This document shows, piece by piece, positions 10,644 to 20,000 of a stretch of 20,000 bases of DNA. The notes below the pieces were generated by a model. The model worked only from the letters and a program-made list of their open reading frames with translations. It was not told the origin of the DNA and searched no databases. Made by a program: the position numbers and the translations under genes. Every line of letters starts with the position of its first letter. Within the stretch, counting starts at the first letter, position 1. This DNA comes from Coniocarpon cinnabarinum (lineage: Eukaryota), in assembly GCA_051942205.1 (NCBI GenBank), contig JAVECO010000006.1:237310-257309 (forward strand), written 5' to 3'.

Positions 10644-11715
10644 TCACGAAGCCGAGATCGTATACCCACTAGTCGTCAGCTTCGCGTTGCTTCCCGTAAA
10701 GACTTCTGATCCCGCCTGCAAACTCTGCAGCACCAGAGAATTGGTGAATCCATTACTCGCGTAGTTCTGGACGAGATACTTGTAGAATGCCAGAATATCG
10801 CCGTTGAAGGTCGTCGCAGCCCGAGAATGCGCGACAAAGCTGTATACCTTCACGTTGCCATTGAGTCCATAGGCGAGATCGAATGGTACGCCGTTGATGG
10901 TGGGAGATGCTATTCTATCTCTTGTGTTAGTACTATTGACCGAAACTACGTCAAAGCTATCGCCTGAACTTCTTTTCCAGAAGCTGATGTGGCCGTCGAG
11001 TGCGCCGCAGGTAACCATGAGGAGCTGGGGGTAAATCGGTGTTTTAGAGGTCGCGAAATGGAAGCGGGCATAACTCACGGTGTGAAGGGATACCCATTCG
11101 CACTTAAGGGGCTAATAGAGCCATACAGCCCCAGCCAAACCATGACCTCAAATTGATTGGCGCCATTCGCGCTCGCTCCTAAAAAGGTGTCGTATGCGAC
11201 ATTGCAAGAGAGGTTCGTGCCAGCATAACTCCAGCTCCACGTCGTGGGAATGGAGGTATACTGCGATATGGCCTTTTGAGGCAGAGAAACTTCAGCGTTG
11301 GTATAGCTTTTGACTTGGGTAGGGTTGTTGGCCCAGGTCCAGGTCGTGTACCTTTGCCATGTCAGTATCTCTGTGTCTTCATCTGACGGCCGATGACAGC
11401 GCGGCAGTGGGGGTAGCAAGGGATGGTCGCAGGATTTGTTGCTGATGTGCTGAATGAGAGAACGAAATACGTAGACTGGACCGACCATTGCAGACTATTA
11501 CCATTCGCGAGACCGGTGATGTAGGAGCATTGCGAGCCCGTGGTGCCGGCCGTGCTAGCGCCCCATTCATTGGCATAAAGGGTAAAGGCGCCAGTGCTGA
11601 TGCTGCCGTATTGACTGCATTGAGAAGGTGCCCGCTTGACGAGGTCGACAGTGGTAGTTGTGGGAAGAGCAAGAGCAAGGGGCAGAAGTGTCGCCAGCGA
11701 GAGTAGAGCGAGCAT
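10644..11715 (-). CDS. Secreted glycoside hydrolase family 12 endo-beta-1,4-glucanase / xyloglucanase (257 aa); exons 11715-11486, 11351-11079, 10914-10644
   Basis: Signal peptide MLALLSLATLLPLALA and a Kex2 KR site. GH12 motifs CSQYG, NEWG, GSQC, WYTTWTW..VKSY, NVAYDTF, FEVMVWL (nucleophile Glu), VYSFVA and QAGSEVFTG (acid/base Glu). Exons sum to 774 nt in frame. Confidence 0.95.
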
Positions 11716-11926
11716 TCTGAAACTGGGGACTGGATATTCAAGAAGAAAGGAAAGGGTGCCGGAAGGGTGAAGAAGAGCAAGTCAAGGGATTCAGCGGTTC
11801 GGTGGAAGGCCGAAGACGTTAAGATGTTGAGACAGGACGGGCAGGAACGCGATGCAGATGGCAAAAAAAATCTGAGAGGCTTGCGAGTGTTGAAGAAGCT
11901 CTAATAGCTGTGACTATCACCTTGTG

Positions 11927-12459
11927 TTTATATTATGCGGATTATACGGAAGTACCGAAATGCTGTGCGGTAAGTTCTCAATGTGGCAATCACTGCCGAG
12001 GGAGGAGTATTGATCGTGGGGTGAGAAAGAAATGATGTACGTTGACTGACAATCGTGGGCGTCTAGACACGTCTGATTTTGCGCATGTCCATTGATGGGC
12101 GGACGGCGGGGCTATGTAGTCGCGCACCCAGATCTGGCTGGGAAGAGTCCATGCAAGATAGCGACAGGGATGAGGTCCCTGCATCATGCACAGCATGACA
12201 CGAACTCGTCCGATTGGGGCGGGGACGAGTCTTTGTCCGGTCTGCTGGTGGCGCACCTTGCACTAGTGTAGTCATTGTGGGGACCACCAGCCAATGTTCT
12301 TCCAAGAAGTGGCTGTCAATGAAATCGAGATTGGACTTTCGTATGGGAATTGTGCAGGCTGGCAGAGGGAAGTCCAGGGTCAATCGGTTGACTTGCCTAC
12401 CCCATCGATATCGGAGCAACCAACAAAGGTTTGGGAGTGTCTTTTCTAAGGCGCTGGAG
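11927..12459 (-). promoter_or_regulatory. GH12 promoter: TATAAA and clustered CreA/Cre1-type SYGGRG sites
   Basis: TATAAA on minus at 11932-11927. SYGGRG matches at 12016, 12106, 12219, 12277 and 12454, consistent with carbon catabolite repression of a CAZyme. These short motifs can also arise by chance. Confidence 0.35.
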
Positions 12460-12520
12460 ACCATGAGGATCTTGGGTTAATCCCCTTTTCTTTCTTGGAC
12501 TGCAGCACATCACGTGAGCT

Positions 12521-14085
12521 TCAGTCAGTCACCATAACCGCAGCATTCTTGTACCAGCTCAGAAGCGGAATCTCCCCATCTTGACACATGCATGCGGCCA
12601 CGTCGGCCCACCTCACCATGAATTCCTCATGGCTCATGGCACGAGTAAGCTTGCCGGTCACAGCTCTGTACAGTGCCTCCATGACTCGAAAATCTGTTGG
12701 GAAGAAGATGTCGAAATAGCCTTGACGCACGAGTGGTGTGCTAACTGGAATCGTTCTGCGCTGGTACCGCGTCTGAACCACAGGCGCGTTCAACGTCCTG
12801 GGTGCAGATGCGTCTGGTAGCTTGTGAAAGTCCGAAAGGAGCAGGCGATGGGCCGGAAAGTAGTTTTGCAAGACCGAGAAGAATTGCAACAGCCGGGTTG
12901 GGATGTACTCGTGCTCGGTGTACATTCTGCTGTGTTTGCGGGGAAAGATGCCCTTTGCTCGTTTGCTAAGTGGATGAGGAAATTGAAAGTCACATGCTGC
13001 TTCTCTGGCACGGATGTATCTGGCGGCTAAGGGATCGATCTGTTTGTGCCATGTTGTGTACATGTCGCCATCTTCGTCGATGAGGACAGCTGCTTGTTCT
13101 GGTTGCTTCGTCTTGCGTTCCCATCGGATGAGATCATGACCGAAATTATCAATGACTTCGAGGCAGACTACAAAGCACGCCGACGGCACGTACGTGTCCC
13201 AGTCCAAGAATGATTTGTTGATGATCTCGACACGGTCAGAATGTCCCTCTGAGCTCACTGCTCTAGCCAAAGATCGTTCTTGCAGCTCCGCGAGTGTGGA
13301 AGAAATTTCCACGATCTTGTACTTGGTGCGCATGTAGACATCAGGGCTGGTTTCTCGAATGTAGTCCAAGACGTTGAGCATGAAAGTTCCGTTACCAGCA
13401 CCTAGCTCATATATGATCAAGTCGTCATACGGGTAAGAGGTAATGCGATAATTTTCCACAATGTAGCGAGCCATGGCTTCCGCGTAGTGAGGACGGAACA
13501 GCTCCGTTGGCGTGTGCCATAGTTGTCGAGCTTCGTTTTGCTGGACCGAATCCAGAGCATCCTCAAACTCAGTGTACCTCTCGCCCAGTTGGTCCTGAAA
13601 AGCTAGTTCTGAACGAATAGTGTTGAACTCAAAGGGTTTGCCAGAATTGAAAATCGTAGCTTGGGAAGAGAAGTAGCCGTAAATAGGGTTGTACAGACTG
13701 TCTACAAGGGATCAGCAAAAGGGAATTGATACTCATTGATCAACAGACCTTCAATGAAGTCACGCATGAGCATCTTCGTGTGAAGCGGTCTTCGTCCTTT
13801 CTCTCGAAGTTCGGCAGATGTGGTCCACTCGTATGTCTTCAGATCTCTTGCGACTTCTGGAGGAGGGTCATCTCTTCGCGGGACCCATGACAACCTATCC
13901 ACATCGGAGGCAGTCAGCCCTTTCTTCTGCTCTGCTGTGAGCTTATTGTAAGTGATCTTGTGCCGCCTGAAACGCGTTCGCGCGGTTGCTCGAGCGCACA
14001 GACGCGAGCCATGACTGATGGACTGAGATAGAGTGCAGTACGTATAGAAACGCCGAAAGAAGAGTCGCGCAGCTGCAGAATCCAT
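12521..14085 (-). CDS. NDUFAF7/MidA-family SAM-dependent protein arginine methyltransferase, mitochondrial (YKL162C-like); exons 14085-13749, 13701-12521
   Basis: MLMRDFIE|DSLYNPIYGYF across a 47 nt GT..GCTGAT..TAG intron; LWHTPTELFRPHYAEAMARY; IYELGAGNGT (SAM motif I); LEVIDNFGHD; QGYFDIFFPTDF. Arg-rich presequence from MDSAAARLFFRRF. In-frame upstream ATGs at 14112, 14121 and 14178 are alternative starts. Confidence 0.92.
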
Positions 14086-14202
14086 ACAGGAATGAACGGA
14101 GAAGATGACCATTGACCGCATGGACGGGATGAACGAGTGCCACAATATCAAGGTATGCACCTTTTGCTTTGCACACATGCAAGTGCATCTGATCTTGGGT
14201 GC

Positions 14203-14215
14203 TCACGTGACCAAT
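14203..14215 (-). promoter_or_regulatory. E-box (GTCACGTGA, Cbf1/CDEI-type) abutting CCAAT, upstream of the NDUFAF7-like gene
   Basis: TCACGTGACCAAT at 14203-14215, about 120 nt upstream of the ATG at 14085. Confidence 0.35.
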
Positions 14216-14457
14216 TGACTTAGATATACCAAAGATAAACGCCCTCCGACGTGTAGGAGCATTCCAAGTAACACGGGCTATTTTGTCAGCTAGCGGAAAC
14301 GAACTTCCGGTGCGCAAACATCGACAAAGGTGGACGAATTCCCCAAAACTGCTGCTCACACCGGACCCATGCTCCCTTGATCGTTCGACATTGCGATGTT
14401 GAGAGATTGCGCTGTGAGGAGGTTGCAGTGCCCTGCGCGTCGTGTATCGTCGTGATG

Positions 14458-15277
14458 TCATTCCAGCCTCGAACTATTCCACTGCCTGAAGTGTCTGATA
14501 GACATTTTGCACACATACGTTAAAGGAACGTTACGCATCCACGCATCCTCGCCTCTTACTACGTCCAAAACAGTTGTTGCTCGATCGTTCGACACCTGAC
14601 GCGACGTCTGTGCCAAACGATCTCTGTTAGCAGCAGCATCGCGAACGTCTGAAAACAGAGTGAGAAAATATTCATGACGTGTATATCTAACCATCTGAGG
14701 AATCGCACCATGACCAAGTTTTCCCCAAATCTGATGTACCCCTGTATCAAGCCAGATTGATCCCATGTTAGGTGCCGCACACATTGGAATCCGAATCGAT
14801 GTCCGGATCTTGGGGTATCAAAGTGATAATGGTTTGGCACCCGCCCAAAGCCGGACGTTATGCATCCTTCCCAGTTTCCTTGAATGGCCATGAGCCTCAG
14901 CGAAAAGTCGTCGGCTTCTACGGCGCTGATAAGAGCCCTATGATCTAGATTGTCTGTTCTGAATACTGCTGCGATCGCATTGTATAGCAAGTAAACGTGA
15001 TGTGATACAGAAGTCGTCGGTCGCAATTGAGGAGAGCAATGCTCGATAACTACGGCCCGTCAGCCACGGTCAACATTTACAGCGGTCACTCAGAGTGTCG
15101 CGCACTGATGAATCTAGTCAGTGCATGCTGATCGTGAATCCAGCTTAATGGATCATGCTGAAAGTCCGCCCTGTGTGCCCAGCTTGCAGCGAGGACAGGC
15201 CGGCCGTTGATGCAAAATACTCCGACGAAGTCACCCTGTAGGCAAGTCTGGATAGTAAATCTTGCCCCCTGATCCAT
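14458..15277 (-). pseudogene. Cryptic orphan gene or pseudogene with a diverged internal repeat
   Basis: ATG at 15277. A canonical 56 nt intron at 15105-15050 (GTGCGC..GCTGAC..TAG) joins ORF 15277 to the 15026..14559 frame. Two tandem segments encode YRALLSSIATDDFCITSRLLAIQ and HRALISAVEADDFSLRLMAIQ in different frames. Confidence 0.45.
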
Positions 15278-16127
15278 GCTTTCGTGTTATGGGATATATA
15301 GCGAACGCAATGTGTATGTGCTAGTCAAGAGAAACCAATGAGAAAGCCAGTGTCTGGGACGGAGAGGAGCAAGAGACTTGCAGATGCGATGCGCTTGCTG
15401 CGGTCAAGACGGTGACCATAAGGAAGTCACAACCCATTATCATCGGCAAGTTCGCTAGCATGGTTGGCGCAGGGAGATGTTTGCCTTGAGTACAGTCTGT
15501 ATTCTAGATACGACTGTTGGTGATCACACACTGGCTTCGCCAAGACCGCAATTACCTTGTAATCCTCTCGGGAATGCTATGGATTCTTGATTTTGCCATG
15601 TATCAAATACGCTTTAGAGCTGACGAAGCCATTTTGAAAGCGCCATCGATGGTCGCCATGAAAGTTGTATCGCAAGTGTCGACCATGCGAAAAGAGCTTA
15701 ATTGACAAACAAGTTTTTGTTATCTCAAAGCGAAGGCGACTTCAGATTCGAATAGTCAATTAGGTTGCCCAAATGCCTTCAAGAGCTACATATGTCTTTC
15801 AATGTACGTGACAAATTTCGTCCGGCAGCACAAGAAGCCTTTGATTAAACATATCTTGGAGCAGGTCGCACTTACTGTGTGTCAAATTCAGGAAGCGCAT
15901 TTTCGTGATAAAGCAGAGTGAAGAAGCAATTGAGGCCAACGTGAATATATATGATACTCCCTGATATTAGCCTGATTATTTAGGCAACCAGCGCCACCTT
16001 GCATAACTCCGGCACGTGAGCTTAGCTACTCCACTCGATCAGCAAGCAGGTCAATCGAGCGCTCGAACAGTAAATCTCCACGAATTTGATGGAGTAATAA
16101 ATACTGCATGGCTGTTCGCTTCAACGA

Positions 16128-17555
16128 ATGTTCGTGATGGACAGAGCCAACCTACCCCTCGCAATAGCATTCGCTGGTGGCGTCTTCGCAGCCCTAGCCC
16201 TGACACGATTGCAATCGCGAGCAAAGCGAAGCTATTCTGATGAAGAACAAGTAAACACGTTCAATCTCAACATCAGTGGTCCCATCAATGTGAAGCACAT
16301 TGCACATGGTGCCGAGGGATTGCAAGCGCTGACGCTGAATCAACAACCACCTCCTATACCGGCTGATGCTCAGTTGCTGGCGAAGCATGCCACGCACATT
16401 CCCTTGAAGTCAGCACCATCACTGAGTAGGAATCTAAAGCCAAGTCAAGCCAGATCTGGTCTCGAAACAGCCATAGGCAATACGCCGCTTATTCCTCTCC
16501 GCGCACTTTCCGAAGCCACTGGCTGCACCATCCTAGGCAAAGCCGAGTACCTCAATGGCGCAGGCAACAGCCCTAAAGATCGCGTCGCGCTGTCCATCAT
16601 CGAGGCTGCAGAGGCGTCTGGTGATCTGCGCCCCTATTCAGGCGATGTAATCTATGAAGGCACAGTAGGCAGCACAGGCATCTCCTTAGCATCGATCGCA
16701 CGGTCACGCGGGTATCAGGCACGCATCGTCATGCCTGATGACCAAGCCCACGAAAAGTCCGATTTGCTACTGAAGCTGGGCGCCACAGTCGAACGCGTGA
16801 CACCGGCTCCAATCACCAGTCCTCAAAACTATATCAACATGGCGAGACGCAAGGCACAAGAGCACACGAATAACATGCCTCCCAGGCGAGGGTTTTTCGC
16901 AGACCAATTTGAAAACGAGGCGAATTGGCGAGCTCATTTCACTGGCACCGGGCCTGAAATCGATGCACAGACGGATGGACGAATCGATGCGTTTGTGGCA
17001 GGCGCGGGGACAGGTGGGACAATCACAGGCGTGGCAAAGTATTTCAAGGAAGTCAAAGGCATGAAGGGGATGAAAGTCGTCCTGGCGGATCCTCAGGGCA
17101 GTGGACTCTTCAACAAGGTCAAGTACGGGGTGATGTTTAGTGAGACTGAAAAAGAAGGGACACGCAGGCGGCAGCAAGTCGACAGCATTGTGGAAGGTAT
17201 TGGCTGCAATCGGATTGTTGGTAATTTTGATATCGGTACAGAGAACATAGACGACGCGATACGAGTGTCTGATGAACAAGCTCTCATGATGGCCCGCTTC
17301 TTAGTCGAGAAGGAGGGGTTGTTCTTGGGCAGTAGCAGCGCTGTGAATTGTAAGTTTGCTGAACCTTTAATCTAGGACGAGCACTTTTTGCTAATCGATA
17401 TAGGCGTCGCCGCGGCCCAATTCGCTCTGCAGCTAGGCCCTGGACACACCATTGTCACCATTCTTTGCGATCCTGGAACCAGGCATCTCTCGAAGTTTTG
17501 GAACAAGACTGGGTATATTGGCAGTCCCATAATACCTCCTTGGACGATGTCCTAA
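16128..17555 (+). CDS. PLP-dependent cysteine synthase-like protein with N-terminal membrane anchor (MCY1/cys12-like); exons 16128-17349, 17404-17555 (17563 if a 1-nt indel is corrected)
   Basis: IGNTPLI, KAEYLNGAGNSPKDRVA (PLP Lys), YEGTVGSTGISLA, FADQFEN, GAGTGGT, EGIG, EGLFLGSSSAVN|C and IVTILCDPGTRHLSKFW. Intron 17350-17403 is GTAAGT..GCTAAT..TAG. Hydrophobic LPLAIAFAGGVFAALAL near the N-terminus. Confidence 0.95.
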
Positions 17556-17651
17556 GTAGCTAAACATGAATTCTGGATCATAACGGCGTGTGTGATTGTT
17601 GGTCGGTACAACAGGTCGTGCGGAAGGACAACAAAAAGAAAAAGAATCGTA

Positions 17652-19640
17652 TCACATGGCGAGCTCGTCCTCGGAACCGTCATCTTCAACCTTTGGCGGG
17701 TGCCCGGCATGTTTTCTTGGCTGAAATGTGTTTAGCAACGCAACTGAAGAGTCTGGCTCTTTTTGAATTTGTCTGGATATTTTCTTCTTCGTCGAAGAGC
17801 TACTCGGATCAGGTTTTGCAATTTTCATCCTCTTTGATTTTCTCGCAAGAGGGGTATCATGTGAAGGTTTCTGCTTAGACGGCAAATCTTTCGGCAGCTT
17901 GATCTTCTCGTTCGTTCCATCCACTGGATTCTCGTTTTGATGCTCTGGCGCGGAGAGCGAAGGTCTTGCTGGAGATATTTCGTGATTGACACCCGGAGCA
18001 CAGTCGACAATACCAGGTAGAGCACTGCGTAGCGATCTCCGCCTCGACGTCTCACCCTCATTACTGGAAACATCCGGTTCATTCCATTTGCGTTTCCCAA
18101 CTCTTTTGAGCCTTCCGTTAGGGACAAAATCCAAGTCTGGACCATGACTGGGCTTCTCCGCAGGGCTAGATACTGGGACTTTGACACCAACAAACGTAGG
18201 CGTCTGTGATACAGGCACTGGAGGTGAAGACTGCGATGTGACAGGCGGATCGAGTATCGAGTGCTGTCGCAGAAGCTTATCAACCATGCCACTTTTCCAT
18301 CGCTGATAACACGCTTTAACAGCGTCTACTCCACGGTCGGGAAAGTGCGTCGCAAGCTCGTGCGTCGACATGGACGGTTGTTCCATGCGGAGCTTCGCCA
18401 TCTTTTTCACGTCGTCAACGGACCAGCTGCGGACTTCGCCGTTGTTGCTGAGACGAGTCTTCCACGAACGACGAAATTTATTACTCGTGGGCAAGTAGAT
18501 CAGTGATACGTCGGCTGCGGGTGGCATGGCGAAAAAACTGGCAGAATCTGACCCGGCAGTGCTGCGCAAGAACCACTCACGTGTCCTGATAGCATTGAGC
18601 TCTCGTTGAGGAAACAGAGGTTTCAGTTCCTCTTCGAGACCCGAGCGAACCCAAAGGCTGTTTCTGATGATATCCAATAGTTTCGCGTCTTCTTCCGCTG
18701 TCCAATCCGCGCCGGCGGCCTCTTCAAGCGAAGCCAGTATAGTTTTGCGGCGGGAGAAAGACCGACCGTCAGGAGGTAGACCACGCTCGTGGTCTCTCGG
18801 CGCCCATAGGGAATTGCGTGAATACAGCTGCGGCGATGAGGATAGCCGCTCACTGTCTTGTGCATTCCATGGTGTCTGAACGTTTTGCTCCTCTGTCGCG
18901 TGCTGTTCTAGCCGAGATCTTGGCGGATGGGGCAATGGTGGTCCATCCCATATTGATTCTTGTTTTGGTACGGCATTGGTGACAGGTAGTTGGGGTGTCG
19001 CGGAGCTACCTGGCGTCAACAGCTTCGCCAGTTGCTGAGCAATGGTCTGGCCAATCTGCGCAATCACTTCAGGTGACAGTCCTGCGGTATTGGCATTATT
19101 CGGGGCGGGTGTCGAGACCTGCTGCTGGTTTGTGACGGTTTCAGCCTGGGTGTGGCCATCGTTCTCATGCGGTGTCGTACTTGAGTGGTTGAGTTGGAGT
19201 GGCTGCGGTGGCTGCGGCGGCTGCGGAGGTGTGGCAGGCGGTTGACGTGAATGAGACGCGATGGAACGTCTCTTTTGTATCAGATTCACGTTCGAGAGCT
19301 CGTCCCCGCTATTGTTTTCAGTCCTCTCCGCTGGTTCAGCATCAGGCTCCGCTAAGCCTTGCCTTATTACTGCTCTCCTCGAGCGCATTCGAGCGCCGGT
19401 GTCATACTCATGCCTCATGCCGGCTAAGTGACCATTGTCCTCCTCGACCTCATTGGTCTCAAAGTTCACCACATCGGAGAGGCCTGTGAAGTCTTTGCCG
19501 TACTTTTGCAGCACGCCCTCCAGGCGGGATCGGAACTGGCCACGGCTTTGCTGGCGCGCTTGGTCTATGTTGATGTTGCGGTCTGGCTCGACATCGCGTG
19601 AGAATCTTGCGCGTTTGTGAGGACGCGCAAATTCGTCCAT
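17652..19640 (-). CDS. SCM3: Scm3/HJURP-family CENP-A chaperone with two Myb/SANT-like repeats (662 aa)
   Basis: N-terminal RQQSRGQFRSRLEGVLQKYGKDFTGLSDVVNFETNEVEEDNGHLAGM matches the Scm3 pattern (..I..KY..DF...GDEID..TG.I..DNGHL). Myb-like WTAEEDAKLL..FPQRELNAIR and WSVDDVKKM..ELATHFPDRGVDAVKACY at ~18704-18297. The rest is disordered and P/S/Q-rich with an acidic SEDEL tail. Confidence 0.85.
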   Translation of the reverse strand: MDEFARPHKRARFSRDVEPDRNINIDQARQQSRGQFRSRLEGVLQKYGKDFTGLSDVVNFETNEVEEDNGHLAGMRHEYDTGARMRSRRAVIRQGLAEPDAEPAERTENNSGDELSNVNLIQKRRSIASHSRQPPATPPQPPQPPQPLQLNHSSTTPHENDGHTQAETVTNQQQVSTPAPNNANTAGLSPEVIAQIGQTIAQQLAKLLTPGSSATPQLPVTNAVPKQESIWDGPPLPHPPRSRLEQHATEEQNVQTPWNAQDSERLSSSPQLYSRNSLWAPRDHERGLPPDGRSFSRRKTILASLEEAAGADWTAEEDAKLLDIIRNSLWVRSGLEEELKPLFPQRELNAIRTREWFLRSTAGSDSASFFAMPPAADVSLIYLPTSNKFRRSWKTRLSNNGEVRSWSVDDVKKMAKLRMEQPSMSTHELATHFPDRGVDAVKACYQRWKSGMVDKLLRQHSILDPPVTSQSSPPVPVSQTPTFVGVKVPVSSPAEKPSHGPDLDFVPNGRLKRVGKRKWNEPDVSSNEGETSRRRSLRSALPGIVDCAPGVNHEISPARPSLSAPEHQNENPVDGTNEKIKLPKDLPSKQKPSHDTPLARKSKRMKIAKPDPSSSSTKKKISRQIQKEPDSSVALLNTFQPRKHAGHPPKVEDDGSEDELAM
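19200..19228. repeat. Coding 9-nt tandem repeat (GGCTGCGGN)x3 encoding PPQPPQPPQ
   Basis: tggctgcggtggctgcggcggctgcggagg read directly from the sequence. Confidence 0.7.
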
Positions 19641-19903
19641 GCAGTAGGACTGGGTTGCAGTTGCAGATTGGGAGAAGATATCGCAGTGGAGATAAAGTAG
19701 GTCGGGCTCTACACCTTAGTGGAGGTGGTCGAGCTAGGCACGCGCCTTGACGCGACCCTGCCACGATGACGCGGGGCCCTACAAGAGCTTAACGCCTTAC
19801 GCCACTGCCTATTCCTTGACCTCTACCTACATAAACCAATTATGTAGTCTATGCACGGGGTGCCCGGCACCATAAACACTCGACTACTATAGTCAAACCC
19901 ACC
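19641..19903. promoter_or_regulatory. Short bidirectional promoter (SCM3/ATG6) with three ACGCG MCB-like cores
   Basis: 263 bp separate the divergent ATGs. ACGCG occurs at 19740, 19750 and 19769. Confidence 0.5.
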
Positions 19904-20000
19904 ATGCTCTGCCAGAAATGTCGCGCCCCGCTCAAGCTCCACTCCACTCTCCAAAACCTCAACCCCGCCAGCTTCAATCTCCTCGCAGACTCTACCCCCA
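19904..20000 (+). CDS. ATG6: Autophagy protein Atg6/Vps30 (Beclin-1), 5' end only
   Basis: CCACCATG context. Translates MLCQKCRAPLKLHSTLQNLNPASFNLLADSTP, matching the filamentous-fungal Atg6 N-terminal pattern M.CQKCRTPLKLDGSLEDLNPAAFDLL. Not in the ORF track. Confidence 0.85.
   Translation, partial: MLCQKCRAPLKLHSTLQNLNPASFNLLADSTP

Noticed and set aside
11990..12480. ORFs and an 8-bp inverted repeat (ACTCGTCC/GGACGAGT, 12204-12230) between GH12 and NDUFAF7
   Set aside because: No coding signal; the hairpin is too short to distinguish from chance.
16013..16020. CACGTGA E-box upstream of the cysteine synthase as a sulfur-regulon site
   Set aside because: Similar E-boxes occur elsewhere (4558, 12510, 14203), so specificity cannot be claimed.
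1..20000. Transposons, tRNA/rRNA, CRISPR arrays, RIP-degraded repeats, biosynthetic gene cluster
   Set aside because: No terminal repeats, transposase/RT motifs, RNA-gene signatures, long AT-rich tracts or backbone synthase were seen.

Overview
Gene-dense fungal genomic DNA (filamentous ascomycete-type GT-AG introns with RCTRAY branch points). Housekeeping genes: the intronless 5' part of spliceosomal helicase BRR2 (minus, runs off the left edge), an NDUFAF7/MidA-type methyltransferase, a mitochondrial-type cysteine synthase, an Scm3 (CENP-A chaperone) protein with Myb-like repeats, and the first 32 codons of ATG6/Beclin at the right edge. Between BRR2 and NDUFAF7 lie three accessory-looking genes: a ~719 aa fusion of an N-terminal HeLo-like domain to a catalytically degenerate G-protein alpha domain (most interesting feature), a divergent amidase and a secreted GH12 endoglucanase. 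A cryptic orphan gene or pseudogene with a frame-shifted internal repeat sits at ~14458-15277. Several single-base shortfalls in C-runs suggest assembly errors or gene decay. All family assignments come from motif recognition; no searches were run.
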